Source of the DNA: the human T2T-CHM13v2.0 reference genome, Homo sapiens
Length of the DNA stretch: 64,000 bases
Assembly: GCF_009914755.1 (NCBI RefSeq)
Contig: NC_060940.1
Strand: one strand, 5' to 3'
Shown here in pieces: positions 1 through 14,394 of this stretch (position 1 is its first letter; each line of letters begins with the position of its first letter). The position numbers were made by a program, and so were the translations under genes. The notes beneath the pieces were generated by a model. It did no database searches, was not told the origin of the DNA, and saw only the letters and a list, made by a program, of their open reading frames with translations.

Positions 1-757
1 TCTTGGATCTGTACATTGACGTTTTCCACCAATTTGGGAGATATTTTGGAAATTATTTATTCCCGAATTTTTTTTCTCCATTCTTTCTTTTTCCTCTTCA
101 GGAAATTCAATTGTGCATATGTTTGACAACTTGATTTTGACCCACTAGTTACTGACTTTCTGTTCATCTACTTTCTAATATTTTATTATGAAATTTTTCA
201 AACATATAAGAAATTGAAGAAATTATAGACCCATATTCTCACCACTAAGATTCCATAATTAACATTTTGTTTTATCACATATCTAACCATCTGCTCATTT
301 TCTAGCCATCCATCAATCCATCTAATTTTAGGATGGCTTTCAAAGTAAGTTGTGGGCATCAATACAGTTTGTCCTCAAATCCATGTAATAGCATAGACAC
401 TATTACAAGAGTTTAATATTTGTTTGTGGTTTCTTTTCAAAGGTAAGATTTATATCTAGATACAAGTACATACGTATAAACCTTATACCTATAGTTTGTC
501 AAAACTCATCAATGACACACTTAAAATTTTAAGTGTACCACCTGATGAATTTTGACAAATGCATACACTTGCATAACACAAACTTCTATCAAGATGTAGA
601 ACACTATCATCACTCCGGAAAGTTCTCTCATGCTCTTTCCTAGTCAATTTCCTCCCCGGAGACAACCACTGTTGTAATTATTTTTCACCAGTTTAATTAA
701 TTTTACATTAACCTATGGAAAATTGAAGTTATTATTAAAGTTTCTCATAAAACTTTA

Positions 758-1079
<322 letters not shown>

Positions 1080-1700
1080 TTATATAAATAAAATAATGCA
1101 GTATATACTCTTTTTTGTAAGTTTTTTTCTTTGCTTAATGATTTTTTGAGAGTCATGTTGCTGCATGTAACAGGAGTTTGTTCGTTTTTGCTTCTGAGTA
1201 GGATTCCACAATGTGAAGTTGCCACAGTTTAGTTAGCCAGTCTACTATTAATGACACGTGGGCTGTTTTCTGCTTTTAGATATTGTAAATAAAGCTACTA
1301 TGAATCTTCTTGAACAAGTCTTTTACTGTGAATGTGTATTTCCCTTTTTCTTGGGTAAATACCTAGAAGTAGAATTGTTTGATCATAAAGCAGGTGTTTA
1401 TTTAATTTTACAAGGAAACTGTTGGAACTTTTTTCAAACTGGTTGTACTTTTTTATATTTCTACCAACAGTTCACAAGAGTCCTGATCGCCCCATATTCT
1501 TTCCAACACTGAATGTTTTCTGTCTTTTGAATTTTAGGTATTTTGTTGGATGAATTTGTACAGATCGTGGTTTTAATTTTCATTTTCCTGAAGACCAACA
1601 ATGTTGAGCACTCTTCATGTGGTAATTGACCAATGATGGATCTCCTTTTGCGAAATGTCTGTTCAAATTTATTTTGCTTATTTCAAAAACTGGGGATTTA

Positions 1701-2000
1701 GGCTGGGCACGGTGGCTCAGGCCTATAATCCCAGCACTTTGGGAGGCCAAGCCAAGAGATCATTTGAGCCCAGGAGTTTCAGACCAGCTCAGCAGGTTGG
1801 GCAACATAGGGAGACTCTTGTCTCTATAAAAAAAGAAAAAAAAAATTGAGCCAGGTGTTGTGGCATGTGCTTGTAGTCCCAGCTACTTGGGAGGTCGAGG
1901 TGGGAGGATCACATGGGCCTAGGAGTTCAGGCTGCAGTGAGCTATGATCACACCACTGCAGTCCAGCTTGGACAACAGAATGAGACCCTGTCTCTAAAAA
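1701..2000 (+). mobile_element. AluJ
   Basis: 'ttgagcccaggagttt', 'gctgcagtgagctatgatcacacc', 'gagaccctgtctct' are J-type positions. Confidence 0.93.
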
Positions 2001-2873
2001 GTTGTATGCATTCTTTTTATATTTTGGACACCAGTCCTTTGTGAAATATATGTTTTGGGAATATTTTCTCCCAATCTGTGGCTTGCTTACTCATTTTCTT
2101 CATGGTGCATTTGAGAAACAAAAGGTTTTAATTTGATGGCATGCAATTTATCATATTTTTCTTTTATAGTTATTGTTGGTTGCTGTTTGTGTCCCACTTA
2201 AGAAACTTTGGCTTACCAAAATCACGTCCTCTTATGCTTTCTTTCAGTTTTTGTACTGTTTTAGACTTCACTTTTAAAATCTAAATCATCTTTGATTCAT
2301 CTCAGGCTGATTTTTGTATGTAGTGTGGGGTTCTTTTTTCCCATGTCACTATCCAATTTCTTCTATACTATTAATATTTGCTGATAAGACTTTCTTTCTC
2401 CATTGAAAATCTTGACACATTAAAGTCAATAGCAATGGTTATTCATTTTTTTCTAAAAAAACTCTTTTTACTCTCTGTTCTTCAGATTGAATAATTTCTA
2501 TTGATCCATCTTTACATTTCCTGACCCCTCATTTATAATAGCTATTGTAGTCTTTCTGTTAATTACAATACCTGTGCCATCTAAGTGTCTGTTTCTATTG
2601 ACTACCAATTGCTTGATTATAGATCATATTTTTTTGTTTGTTTCACTTGTCTCACTGTAGGTGGGATATTGTGGATGATACCTTGTAGGGAGATTGGATT
2701 ATGTTGTTTTCCTTTAAATGTTATGAGTTTGGCTATTAATTTAGACATTTAAATACTGATGAATTCTCATGATCCTATTACACTTTGTTTTCTTTTGTTG
2801 TTTTGTTGTTGTTGTTAGGACTGGTCTATTTTCATTTCATCATTAGTCATAAGATGTGGCCGTTATACTAGGG

Positions 2874-3399
<526 letters not shown>

Positions 3400-3409
3400 T
3401 GCTAGGGTG

Positions 3410-3960
3410 TAGTCCTTCTCCTAGAAGCGTAGTCTTTATTCCTAATACATGGCCTTTATGCAGTCTCCACTGAGATGCACACCAGAGTTTCTCCATTCTA
3501 GCTGAGCTGGAACTCCCAGCCCTGCAGAGAGTCTCCCTATGTTTCCATTCTGTTCCCAGGCCCTTAGCAGCTGCTCTCTGCTAGGCTCCACCAAGTCTTG
3601 CTCTGTTCTTCAAAGCCCGGGCTTCAACCAACAGCCCACAGGACATGCGCATACACATTTCTGGGGTCTTTGTTCTCTCCCTCTGCAGCTTTCCTTTCCT
3701 GTTTTCTGCCCCCACATATGCCAGCCACTTCAGCAGCCCAAGCTCCGAATTCTGCTCAGCTCCATCAGACCACTGTGGTCTGCCTGGGTTTCCCCTCCCT
3801 GTGCTTCACCTGGGCAGAACCTGGGCAAACACAGGTCTCCCTCCCTTGAGTGTTGCCCTCCTCTCAGAGATCACAGTTCTGCACTGTGCCTCTGGTCCAG
3901 TGCCTGGAAATTGTTGCCTTGTTAATTTTGTTCATTTCTATTTTCATGATGGTGAGAAGG
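3410..3960 (-). mobile_element. Probable old L1 5'-region fragment
   Basis: 'ctctcagagatcacagttctgcactgtgcc...gtccagtgcctggaaattgttg...attttgttcatttct' resembles L1M 5' ends from memory. Confidence 0.5.
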
Positions 3961-3974
3961 TAAGTAAGGTACTT

Positions 3975-4110
3975 GGAGTTTTTAAAAACACAGCTTCCCT
4001 GAGCCCCATCCTGAGAGATTCTGATTCATTGGTGTAGGCTGAGAACTGGGGGTTTCTATTTTAAAAATCCTTGGAAGATGCTGATTCAGTACCCAGATCG
4101 GGACCACAGT
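3975..4110. mobile_element. MER5-family hAT fragment
   Basis: 'gagccccatcctgagagattctgattcattggtgtagg'. Confidence 0.7.
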
Positions 4111-5019
4111 GGGGCAGGATGGCCATGTTTCCTTGCTCTAGGTCCTCAGATGCCTTCCATGTGATCGCACTACAGATTTAATGGGGAGAGAGGTCCTTCC
4201 ACACTCAGCACACTGTACATACTGTAGCCACAGAGGCTGAGAGAAGATGTTGTCTGAGGGTAAGGCCTCTTAACACTTAATTTCTCTGGGCCTCCCTGAA
4301 GGAAGAGATTCTAGGAGCTGCAGTCACTTGCTCTGTGTTGGGGGACCATGGATCCTTTGAGGTTCTTCCCTGATGTCACTTCTGGATTCTCAGAGAAAGT
4401 CCTTTCTGCAGCCACCAAACCTTCCCCGAGGGCTCCTGAGACCTGGATCTAAAATAGAAGAGATGTTTCCAGGTTCACTATGTGCTCACTTCAACATTAA
4501 TAGTAATTTATGAGTTTTAATCATTCTGTCACACAGGGAAAATATGACCAGGAGTCATTGCAATAAGGAAATCCATCTATTTTTATACCCCAGTCCTCAT
4601 CTCTGCAGCATCCTCTCCAAATTATCTGCTCCAAAAGCCTCATTAAATGTTTAGAGAGGAGAAGCTCACAGGCTTCCTTTCCTCCCTACCTAAAACAGGC
4701 ATCTCTGAAGCTGAGGTACAAATTATCCATAAACTCCAACCAGGCTAACTTTCTACAGCCCGGTATGCAGGACAATTTTGCAGAATGAGCTGACAGGTGA
4801 ATTCACTAGTAATGCATTAGATGGGGCCAGCCCAGGATTTTATAAACACATTTTACTCACGTATTCATACTCAATCATTCTTTGCTCATTCATCCCCTAG
4901 TATATTCACTTATTTGTTAATGATGTACACATTCAAAACTATATTCACCCTTAGTCTATGCTCCACACTGTGCCTGGCTCTAAGAATGTGGACATTGATA
5001 AGCATTAATTCGTTTACTA

Positions 5020-5530
5020 ATTTATTTCATATATGTATTTCACCACTGGGCCACTGATGCCATGCAGGGTACCTGGCACAGAGTAGGTTCTCAATACTGG
5101 AATCAGTGACCCAGTGGTGAAAAGACAGACAATATTACTGTTCTTGTGGCATATTTTTTTAAACTAGGGGACAATGCAAATAAACAAATGAATAAGCAAG
5201 TAAATGAGATCACTTTAGAAATAACAAGTGCGATCAATAAAATAAAACAGGTCAAAGGAATAGAGAGTTGTCAGGGTGATCCAGGAGGACTTCCCTGTAG
5301 TGGTGACATTGAGCTGAGACCTCAATGACAAGAGGCAGCTGACTATGCCAAGAATCGGAGGCACAATGTTCCAGGCTAAGGCAATAGCAGATGCAAAGGC
5401 CCCCAGAAATGCACTGTGGCTGGAACACTGTGCATAAGGGGAAGAGTGGCAGGAGATGAAGCCAGAGATGCAGGGAGGGGCAGATCAGTCTGGGCCTTGT
5501 AGATTAGGGAAGAGCTGTTGGAATTTTTTT
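5020..5530 (-). mobile_element. L2 LINE fragment
   Basis: 'ggtgacattgagctgagacctcaatgac', 'tgttccaggctaaggcaatagcagatgcaaaggccc'. Confidence 0.8.
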
Positions 5531-6614
5531 CTACATGGGAGATTTGTCTATTCTTCCCTATTTATGTATTTATTTAATCATGTTTTTATATCAGTTTGAA
5601 CTTATGGATGTTTATTTTATACTTTGAGTTATAATCCAATATTATTTTTATTTCGTTGCTGAAATTGTTCCCTATTTGGCCATTGGGAGCTTTTTTCAAT
5701 TGGCTTCTATGTCCCTTTGACATATTCCCATAGTTGTGTTTTTGTTTTTCTTTTTTCTTTTTCTTTCTTTCTTTCTTTCTTTTTTTTTTTTCTTCCTTAC
5801 TTTCTGGCACTACAAGATGCTTCATGCTAGGAACTTTGGAGAAGTACCTGGAAGCTATCAGAATGCAGTAGGGTGACTTGAACAGGTTTGTAGGGAAACC
5901 CCAGAAGCCCTAGAAGTTAATATTAATGACAAGGATATGAGTTCTCCCTGGTACCCCACAAAAAAGTGACTTTCCTATCAGCCATAATTCTGTTTGACAC
6001 GTATTCATTGAGTATCCATGAGGGGAGAGGAGACGTAAAGAGATTTAAGACTTATATGTCCCTGTACTTACAACCCCTTGAAGAACTGGGTGGATCTTGC
6101 AAGAAAAAAAAAAAAGAGGACTCACAATGCTTAACCTCTCCTTCCCCATCTTGAATAAACTGAGGCCTTAGGAGAAAAGACCTGTCAATCATGGGGTGGT
6201 GTGGATGCTGGAAGTTTCCTTCCTTTTTTTTTTTAAATCTAAAATGGCTAAAATCAAGCACAGGGTAATTTCTCAGTAGGTCACCATGCTATGTTAAATT
6301 GTTAACATCATTCTACCGTAATACTATGAGGCCTTAGAATCTAACCACGTCTCAACTCCTCCACCAACTTGTGCTATTTTAAGTAACATGCCGAGTTTCT
6401 TAACCTCTCTGGGCTGGGGTTGTCTCATCTTTCATAGACTGCGATGTGACATTCATAGCCATGTGGCATGGACTGCCTGGACTTTGGGGGCCCACAGGGC
6501 AGTGAAAATATCCAAAGTCGTTATATGCTGCATTCAAGGATATATTCCCAGCACCCAGGACACCCGGCATGTTGGAGGCCCTCAGTGAGTGTGTGTTGAA
6601 TGAATGAATTGTTA

Positions 6615-6937
<323 letters not shown>

Positions 6938-7139
6938 AATGAACTTGGTGTCCAAGAGAAGTCTGACAGATTTCAAAGGCCCTTGAGTGATACGTACTAA
7001 AACAAGAATCTTCCTCTTCTTTCCCCATCCAGGTCCAACAAAAATCCTAACAAGAAATGAGCCCACTCCACCAAACAGAACTGTAATCATTCCGTTCCAT
7101 GCTCCACAGCTTATCAATCGCTCTTGCATGCATCGATGT

Positions 7140-7715
7140 ATCATGTTACTCAGTCCACCTGAGATAACTGTGAATGGCACCATTTTACAGAGAGGGAAAC
7201 TGAGGCCCAGAGAGACCTCAAGTCTCACTGAAGGTCCCATGGCACAGCCAGGACTAAGAGCTAGGCCATCTGGCCACATGTCTGAGCTGTGGCTCTTGAT
7301 GCTCTGAGCTTCTGTGAAGACCCAGTGGACAGTGCTGTGGATGGAAGGAGGAGGTCTTCACTTAGAGGACGATTGTGCCTCTTATTCTGCTTGGCATCTG
7401 ACCCTCACTGCAGGAGCCACACACTCCTGGACTGTGATGGGTACCTTTTTCTGTTTCTGGTAAGGATGACTGTCAGGTAGGAAGGTACAATAGCAGCCCC
7501 CATTAATTGAGCCTGCATGGTGTGCCTGGCACAATTCTAAGCACTGTTTAATTCTCCCAACCAGCCCCATGAAGAAGCTTCTGTAAATATCTCAATTTTT
7601 TAGATAAAGAAATTGAGTCTTGGTAAAGTCAAGAAACTTCCTTAAGGTCATGTGGTCAGTGGTGGAGCCTGGATGTAAACCCAGCTCTTCTGGATCCTGT
7701 ACTCATCTTCTTAAC
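7140..7715 (-). mobile_element. Two MIR fragments (~7140-7290, ~7500-7715)
   Basis: MIR core 'cattttacagagagggaaactgaggcccagagag' and 'tagataaagaaattgagtc...aaggtcatgtggtcagtggtggagcctgg'. Confidence 0.75.
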
Positions 7716-8289
7716 GTGCCTTCTCCTCAGCCACCCTGAACTCCCCTGGACAACTTGATGCAGATGACCTTGTGTCAAGTCCAGGCACATAAGGAGCTCC
7801 CCATCATCTTGTCCCTCACTCACAATCCAGTGGTCACTGCACTGCTATTGATGGGAGCTTGTGGCTGGAGCTGGAACCTGTCTCTCCTGGTTGCTTCAGT
7901 TCCTCATCTATATCTCATTGCCCATACTAGCAGAGGTCTTTTTTAACTGGGAAGGGATTGCAAAAGCTCCTTGAATTGACCTGGCTCTGGGTTCTTTCTC
8001 TGGGGCTCAGAGTAGCCCTCGGAGAGACATCATTTATCCCTGTTGGTCCAGTCTTTGCAAAATTGCCACGTTCTCTAAGCTTTCCTTCTCCCAATATCCC
8101 AATTCACATCTGTTGTCCATTTTTTACTTATGGATGTTTAAGCAGCATTGAGAAAAGATTTGGGGCTATATTTCTAATATTCTTTAAATCATGATGCATA
8201 CTTAATAAAAATTCACTCTTATTACTTGACTAAACTTATTCACAAAATAATATTCCATCTCAATTCCAATAGAGTAGAATTTTCCCTGC

Positions 8290-8700
8290 AGGTTTATTGA
8301 ATACCTACTGTGTGCTAAGAAATGTTCTTGGTGTAAAAATGCAGACAAAAATAAGTTAAATAATCCCTGCCCTGGAGGAATCCCACAAACCCCAGCCTCA
8401 GTTCAGCATGAGAAATGTTCAGGAAAAAGCCAAGTTATACACTATAGACAGGGAGAGGAGAGCTCCACACACTCTGCTGGGAGTACCACCGTGGGCTTCA
8501 GGGAGGAGGCACAACTGCAGCTGAGTTCTCCAGGAAGATAGCAGAAGGGGAAGGGCATTCCAGGCAAAGGGAACAGCATGTGCAAAGACGATGTGAAGGG
8601 ACATGTGGTATCTGTGGACAAGGATGGAACGAGTAAGAGATGAGGAAAGCGTCCCATGACTGTGCCTAGAGGTGGGGGAAAGGAGACCCAAAGGTCAAGC
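8290..8700 (-). mobile_element. L2 fragment
   Basis: 'tttattgaatacctactgtgtgcta', 'agggcattccaggcaaagggaacagcatgtgcaaag'. Confidence 0.8.
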
Positions 8701-9447
8701 AATTGTGCATGGATTTACCAGTGCCTGTATCTTTCATCTGTCAATGGGTCTTCCCCTTACTCCCAGAAGAGGAACCACAGGAAAGAGCAAGGCAATGAGT
8801 TGTTCTGAGGAGCTATACTGTGTGCTCCATAGATGGGTGGGCGCGCAAACACACACGCACGCGCGCATGCACACCATTGTACACAGAGGTCTGCAGAGTT
8901 CAGAACAGGGTGAGCCACCTCCAGCATCGATGGGAATTCTGACGGCCATGATGAAGTCATGCCAGTGTCTCACCACATCTTAGCTACTAGCAAGGAATCC
9001 CAACAGAACAATTAGAGTTAATTGAAATCGGCCTGATTGATTGGTGTGTATGAACTTTCATCAGAGCAGCCTCATGATGTGGGCAGAGGTAAACAGCTGA
9101 ATCGGCTCTAGCAGACCTCAGCCTGCAGGAGTAAATGCAAACCGAGGTCTGTTCTGGCCTCCAGTGAGGCAGATGCCAGAGTCAAGCTCCCAGCTCCCCA
9201 CACTTGGTCATGGTTTGAGTCTCTACTGCTGTTGGAAAGGTCTGGGGGTTACATGTGGGGGAATTTAGGTTAAGAAGGATCTTTTCTTCCTTGTAAACGT
9301 AGTGTGGGTGTGGGATCTGCCTTTCTAGTCTCATCTACCATTGCCCCTGGCTGGCTCCCTGGCTAATCTAAGCTTCTTGTAATTCCCTGGAGAGGCCCAG
9401 ATTTCTATCTTCCCTTCCTCTGCTCTGTTCACTCCTCCTAGACGAGC

Positions 9448-9602
9448 ACTCTCAGGTCTTACTGTGCCCATGAATCAGGCAGAGATCTTGTTACAATGCA
9501 GATTATGATTCAGCATATCTGGGAGGAGGCTTGCGACTGTGCATTTCTCATAAGCTCCCAGGTGATGATGATGCTGGTCTGTAGATCACACTCTGAATAG
9601 GA
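9448..9602. mobile_element. MER5A-like hAT element
   Basis: 'cttgttacaatgcagattatgattcagc...tgcatttctcataagctcccaggtgatg...gatcacactctgaatag'. Confidence 0.8.
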
Positions 9603-10211
9603 AGATCTGAGAACACTTCTTCCCTTTATTCATTTTCCTACCTCTCTTTCCACCTGCAGAATTCCTATTCAATCTTGGAAATCCAGGACAAATATGTCCC
9701 CCAAGAGACCTTTTCTGACACCCTTGCCCCCTCCTCTGTGCGGATACATCATGTGATAATTGCTTTCAGTATAGTACTTATCCTGCTAGATGGACTTTCT
9801 CTTTGTTGGATTAATCTTTTTTCTCCCCCACTTTACTTGTGCCTTTTAAGGCCACTGACAGGCCTTTATTCACTCCCAGTGCCCAGAGCAGGGCCTGGCA
9901 TGCAGCAGGCATCAATACCTGTTTGCAGAACTGAATTAAATACAGCAATTCTAACTTTTTCATGTTCTTCCTCCTTTATCCTGCCTGAATTTGTCCTACA
10001 TATCATAGGGGTAGGGTTGCATACGGGTAGGGTTAGGACAGGGGCCTCTGAGCCCAAACTAGATTCAGAGTTTGACTGTTTACAGAATGATAGGCAACTA
10101 TTTTCCTGACTTGAAATGAGGCTTCTTTTATTTTGGCTAATAGAGAAGGAAGATGCTTTAAGTAGAGAGACTGATTCTGGAAGATTCAACAGGATACAAT
10201 GGGGACAGTGA

Positions 10212-10521
<310 letters not shown>

Positions 10522-11169
10522 AATGGTGGTCTTTTAAGCTACCTGGCCCCTTGGGTGACCAGGCAGATAAAGTCCTAGACTATAATTTATATCTTAGGAG
10601 AGGCACTAGAGTTAGCATAGCTGCACTGGGGCAGGCACAGGGTCAGGAAAGGGCCATTGTCTGTGCCTGAGTACAGAAGCCAGCCCTGCTTAGGCCCTGG
10701 AGGCTGGGTGGCTTTGGAGAGGTAGAGGAAGCACCATCAACACACACAGCCCTTCCTTTGAATGCTCTAAAAGTTCCTTCCAAATGGACAGAGCTAGCTC
10801 TATTTGCTTCAAAGGCACAGGACCCAAGATTTTGCTGGGAAAAAGATAGAAAAATAAAATCATATGGGAACCTAATTAGATATGAAAATGAACTATAAGA
10901 TTTTTCTAACCTGGGTTAAGGTAAGGGTTAAATTACCCCCTAAGTCTGACATATGTTTAAAGCTTCTCCTTTGGGAAAAGCAAGAAACTGACCAGATATA
11001 CTCACTTCTCTGGGATGGTACCTAAACATTTCTAAACATGTGAATAGAAATGGAATGAAATCCACAAGTTGTTTTCAAATGTCCAGATATTTGGATTTGT
11101 GTTGACCCTTGATTTGGCTACAGAATTAGTTTTTAATTGATTCTTTATGTCTTCTAATTAATAAAATCT

Positions 11170-11870
11170 AATAACCAGCATTTGTGAACACTTAGTAAAA
11201 ACTAAATACCATGCTAAGCATCTTACATATGTTTTCTCATTGAACCTCCTAACAATTCCATGAGGTAAATATGACTTTCATTTTACAGCAGTGGAAACTG
11301 AGACTTTAACAGGGTTTTAAATAAACTGTGAAAGATCACACAGCTAATAAATGACAGAGTCAGAATTCACTCCCAAACAGTCTGAGACCAGCACCCACTC
11401 TTTTAACCAACATGTACTTTTCCCCAGGACTCCTTGGATCCTTGGATGGCCCCCATGTAGTCTAAAATATGCTTTTATACGCTTTCTCTCAAAGCAAGAG
11501 AGTACATGGAGGGGAATATGGCCTTTGTGAAGTACTGAACCTTCCAGAAAATCATTTCTGTCCTCACCTTGTATGTTTTACTTCTCTCATCCTGATTGTC
11601 AACCAATTTGGGCCATCTCTTTAATGACCTGGTCAAGATTGTCCTTCAAGTTATGTCTATCTCCCTTGGAGATGTAAGTACATCAAGACTACGTATTCTT
11701 TGGTTAATATTACTGTGAGCCACTTACTATATCAAGAATAATTCTAAACTCTTTATATGTATTTATTTACTTAATCCTCACAACAACCATAAAAAGTAAA
11801 GATTAACACCTTCATTTTATAGATAAGGAAAGGAAGGCACAAAGTGATTGCAGACTTTTCCTATCTTGGT
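11170..11870 (-). mobile_element. Two MIR fragments (~11170-11410, ~11710-11870)
   Basis: 'cattttacagcagtggaaactgaga', 'aatcctcacaacaacc...cattttatagataaggaaa'. Confidence 0.7.
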
Positions 11871-12302
11871 GGAACTGTTTAATTAGTTGCTTTATTTAAT
11901 ATTCTTTCCTTCCTTTCTCAAGAACAGTCAATGGCTTCTGAAACTCCTTATCCTGTCCCCAATCTGGCCTCAAATTACATTTTCAGAGTTATTTTCTGCC
12001 ACTTGTTCCCTTCACATGTCCTCGTCTCTAACTAAAGTGTGTGTCACAGTTGTCAGACACACCTCATGCTTTCTGGTCTGCACACCTTGTTATTGCTGAT
12101 CTCTCTACCTGTACCACCATCTAAGGTGTGGAGAGATTTATAGCAACTGATCTATAATTCTCATGATGCCCCAGTAATCCTCTGCCATATGGCATAATTC
12201 TGTAGGGCTTTTTTTTTCCCCCAATTAGGCTGTAAGTTCCTTGGTGGGTGTGCTCATACCCCTAAATCTCTCTTACCAGCAAGCACCAGTGCCAATACAT
12301 GG

Positions 12303-13285
12303 GTGTAAGGCAGATACTGCCAAGTGTTTGCATCTACGCATCTGCTTACATCATCTAGTTGTGTGCTTACATCATCTACCCATGTGCTTACATCATCTAC
12401 CCATGTGCTTGCATCATCTATCCATGTGCTTACATCATCTACCCAAGTGCTTACATCATCTACCCATGTGCTTACATCACCTACCCATGTGCTTACATCA
12501 TCTAGTCATGTGCTTACATCTAGTCATGTGCTCATATCATCCACCCATGTGCTTGCATCATCTACCCATGTGCTCACATCATCTATCCATGTGCTCACAT
12601 CATCTACCCATGTGCTTACATCATCTACCCATGTGCTTACATCACCTACCCATGTGCTTACATCACCTACCCATGTGCTTACATCATCTAGTCATGTACT
12701 AACATCTAGTCATGTGCTCACATCATCTACCCATGTGCTTACATCATCTACCCATTTGCTTACATCATCTACCCATGTGCTTACATCACCTACACATGTG
12801 CTTACATCATCTAGTCATGTACTAACATCTAGTCATGTGCTCACATCATCTACCCATGTGCTTACATCATATACTCATGTGCTCACATCATCCACCCATG
12901 TGCTTACATCTACCCATGTGCTCTTCTACATTTCTCAGACTCCCTTGCAGCTAGGCAGTGTCAGGTGACTGAATTCAAGCCCAGAGAATGTGAGTAAAAA
13001 TAATGCAAGTCACTTCCAAGCTAACTCTTAAAATCATCCAATACAATTTTCCACTCCTCTCTTCCCTGACACCACAGTCTTGGAAGTTCCTTGTTCTGAA
13101 GGCATAGCTATAAGATGAGAGTGGCCTGGATCCCTGTGTCACCACCTGCAGCATAACTATGCAGGGGAGACACCTAAGCTGCACAGGAATTTGTACAAGT
13201 GAGATATAATCCTTACTGTTATAAGCCACTGAGATGTGAGAGGTTTCTGTTGCAGAAGTCCACATTCGCTACTTTGACTTACGGA
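12303..13285 (+). mobile_element. MaLR LTR (MLT1J-like) hosting a minisatellite
   Basis: After the array: 'acatttctcagactcccttgcagctagg...gtgactgaattc...gaatgtgag', ending 'gtgagatataatccttactgttataagccactgagatgtgag'; putative LTR start 'tgtaaggcagatactg' before the array. Confidence 0.7.
12321..12922. repeat. Minisatellite/VNTR, ~28 units of 21 bp (CATGTGCTTACATCATCTACC) with 18-bp variants
   Basis: Directly visible; reflected as VLTSSTH and CLHHLPM repeats in the ORF track. Confidence 0.97.
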
Positions 13286-14394
13286 AGTGGTAGCTCATAA
13301 CTGCTTATAACGCAAAAGAGATAAATAATAGGCATATCAGACATGTTCTTGGCTAAGTGGTATTACTTTTGATAACATATCTTACCTCCATTCATTTATC
13401 TCCAGAAAGAAGAGCAAATGTCAGGCAAAAAAAAAAAAAAAAAGATCGGCTTTATGCTGCTATAATCAGTGCCTAACATCATTTACAAATACATATCCTT
13501 CCTCCTTTAAAAAAATAGGCTTAACTTTATTTGTAATCAAGAAAACTAACATGAGAAATGATGAAACCCATGAAATTGGCAAAATTACAAGGTCTTAGGA
13601 CAAGAATAATAAACGCACACTCTGCTTTTTAAGAAAAGAGGATTCCAGGTTTGGGTGACTGCCCAGGAATTCCATCCCAGCTTGAACTCCTTACAGCCAG
13701 CATCTGTGAATGATTTAATGTCTCTGATGCACCTTTACACTTTATTGCTTTGCTCTTTGCAAATATTCATAGGATTAATCCAGAGTTAGGGCCTGCAGAC
13801 CAATGTGTGGCTGTGCAAATCCTCAGGACCCTGCTTAGCAAGTTTGTAAATTCACGGTTCTGCATTTCCTTTTGGTATGGGGGGGAGAGTATTTAATGTA
13901 ATTTCTTTATAGGCTACACCAACTACCAAGAGGAAATCTCTGGGTGCTTAGAAATGAGACTCTCCTCCTGAAACTACCCAAGCGCATCTTTAGAGTGGTT
14001 ATGGCTATCTTGCAATGGCCCATTACGTATTTCCAAATGGCAGGGAGCAGGCCTTATTTTAATAGCTTGTTAGTTTGGAAAGGAATCAGAAGGGGCAATT
14101 CCTGGGGGCTACCTTATTCTGGGCTTCTACTACCTGATCAGTTCCTAGCTCACAAATCTTTGAAGGACAGGGCTGGTCCATTAACAGCCCATCTGGAATC
14201 CAGGAAACAGCTAGGAGTGCTTTGAATCTGAGTTCCCTGAAAAAGCCCCCTCTGGACATAGACCAGCAAAGGGGGAGTGTTAAATGAATGAATAAACGAA
14301 TGAATGAATGAATGACTAAAATAACATACCACATAAGTTTAATGTTTTACAGTTCATAAATGGCTTTGGGCTAATTATTTAATTCTCATGGCCA

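Noticed and set aside
12321-12922. Regular repeat array resembling a CRISPR or a mucin exon
   Set aside because: No unique spacers and a eukaryotic context; no signal peptide or convincing splice context, and it lies inside an LTR
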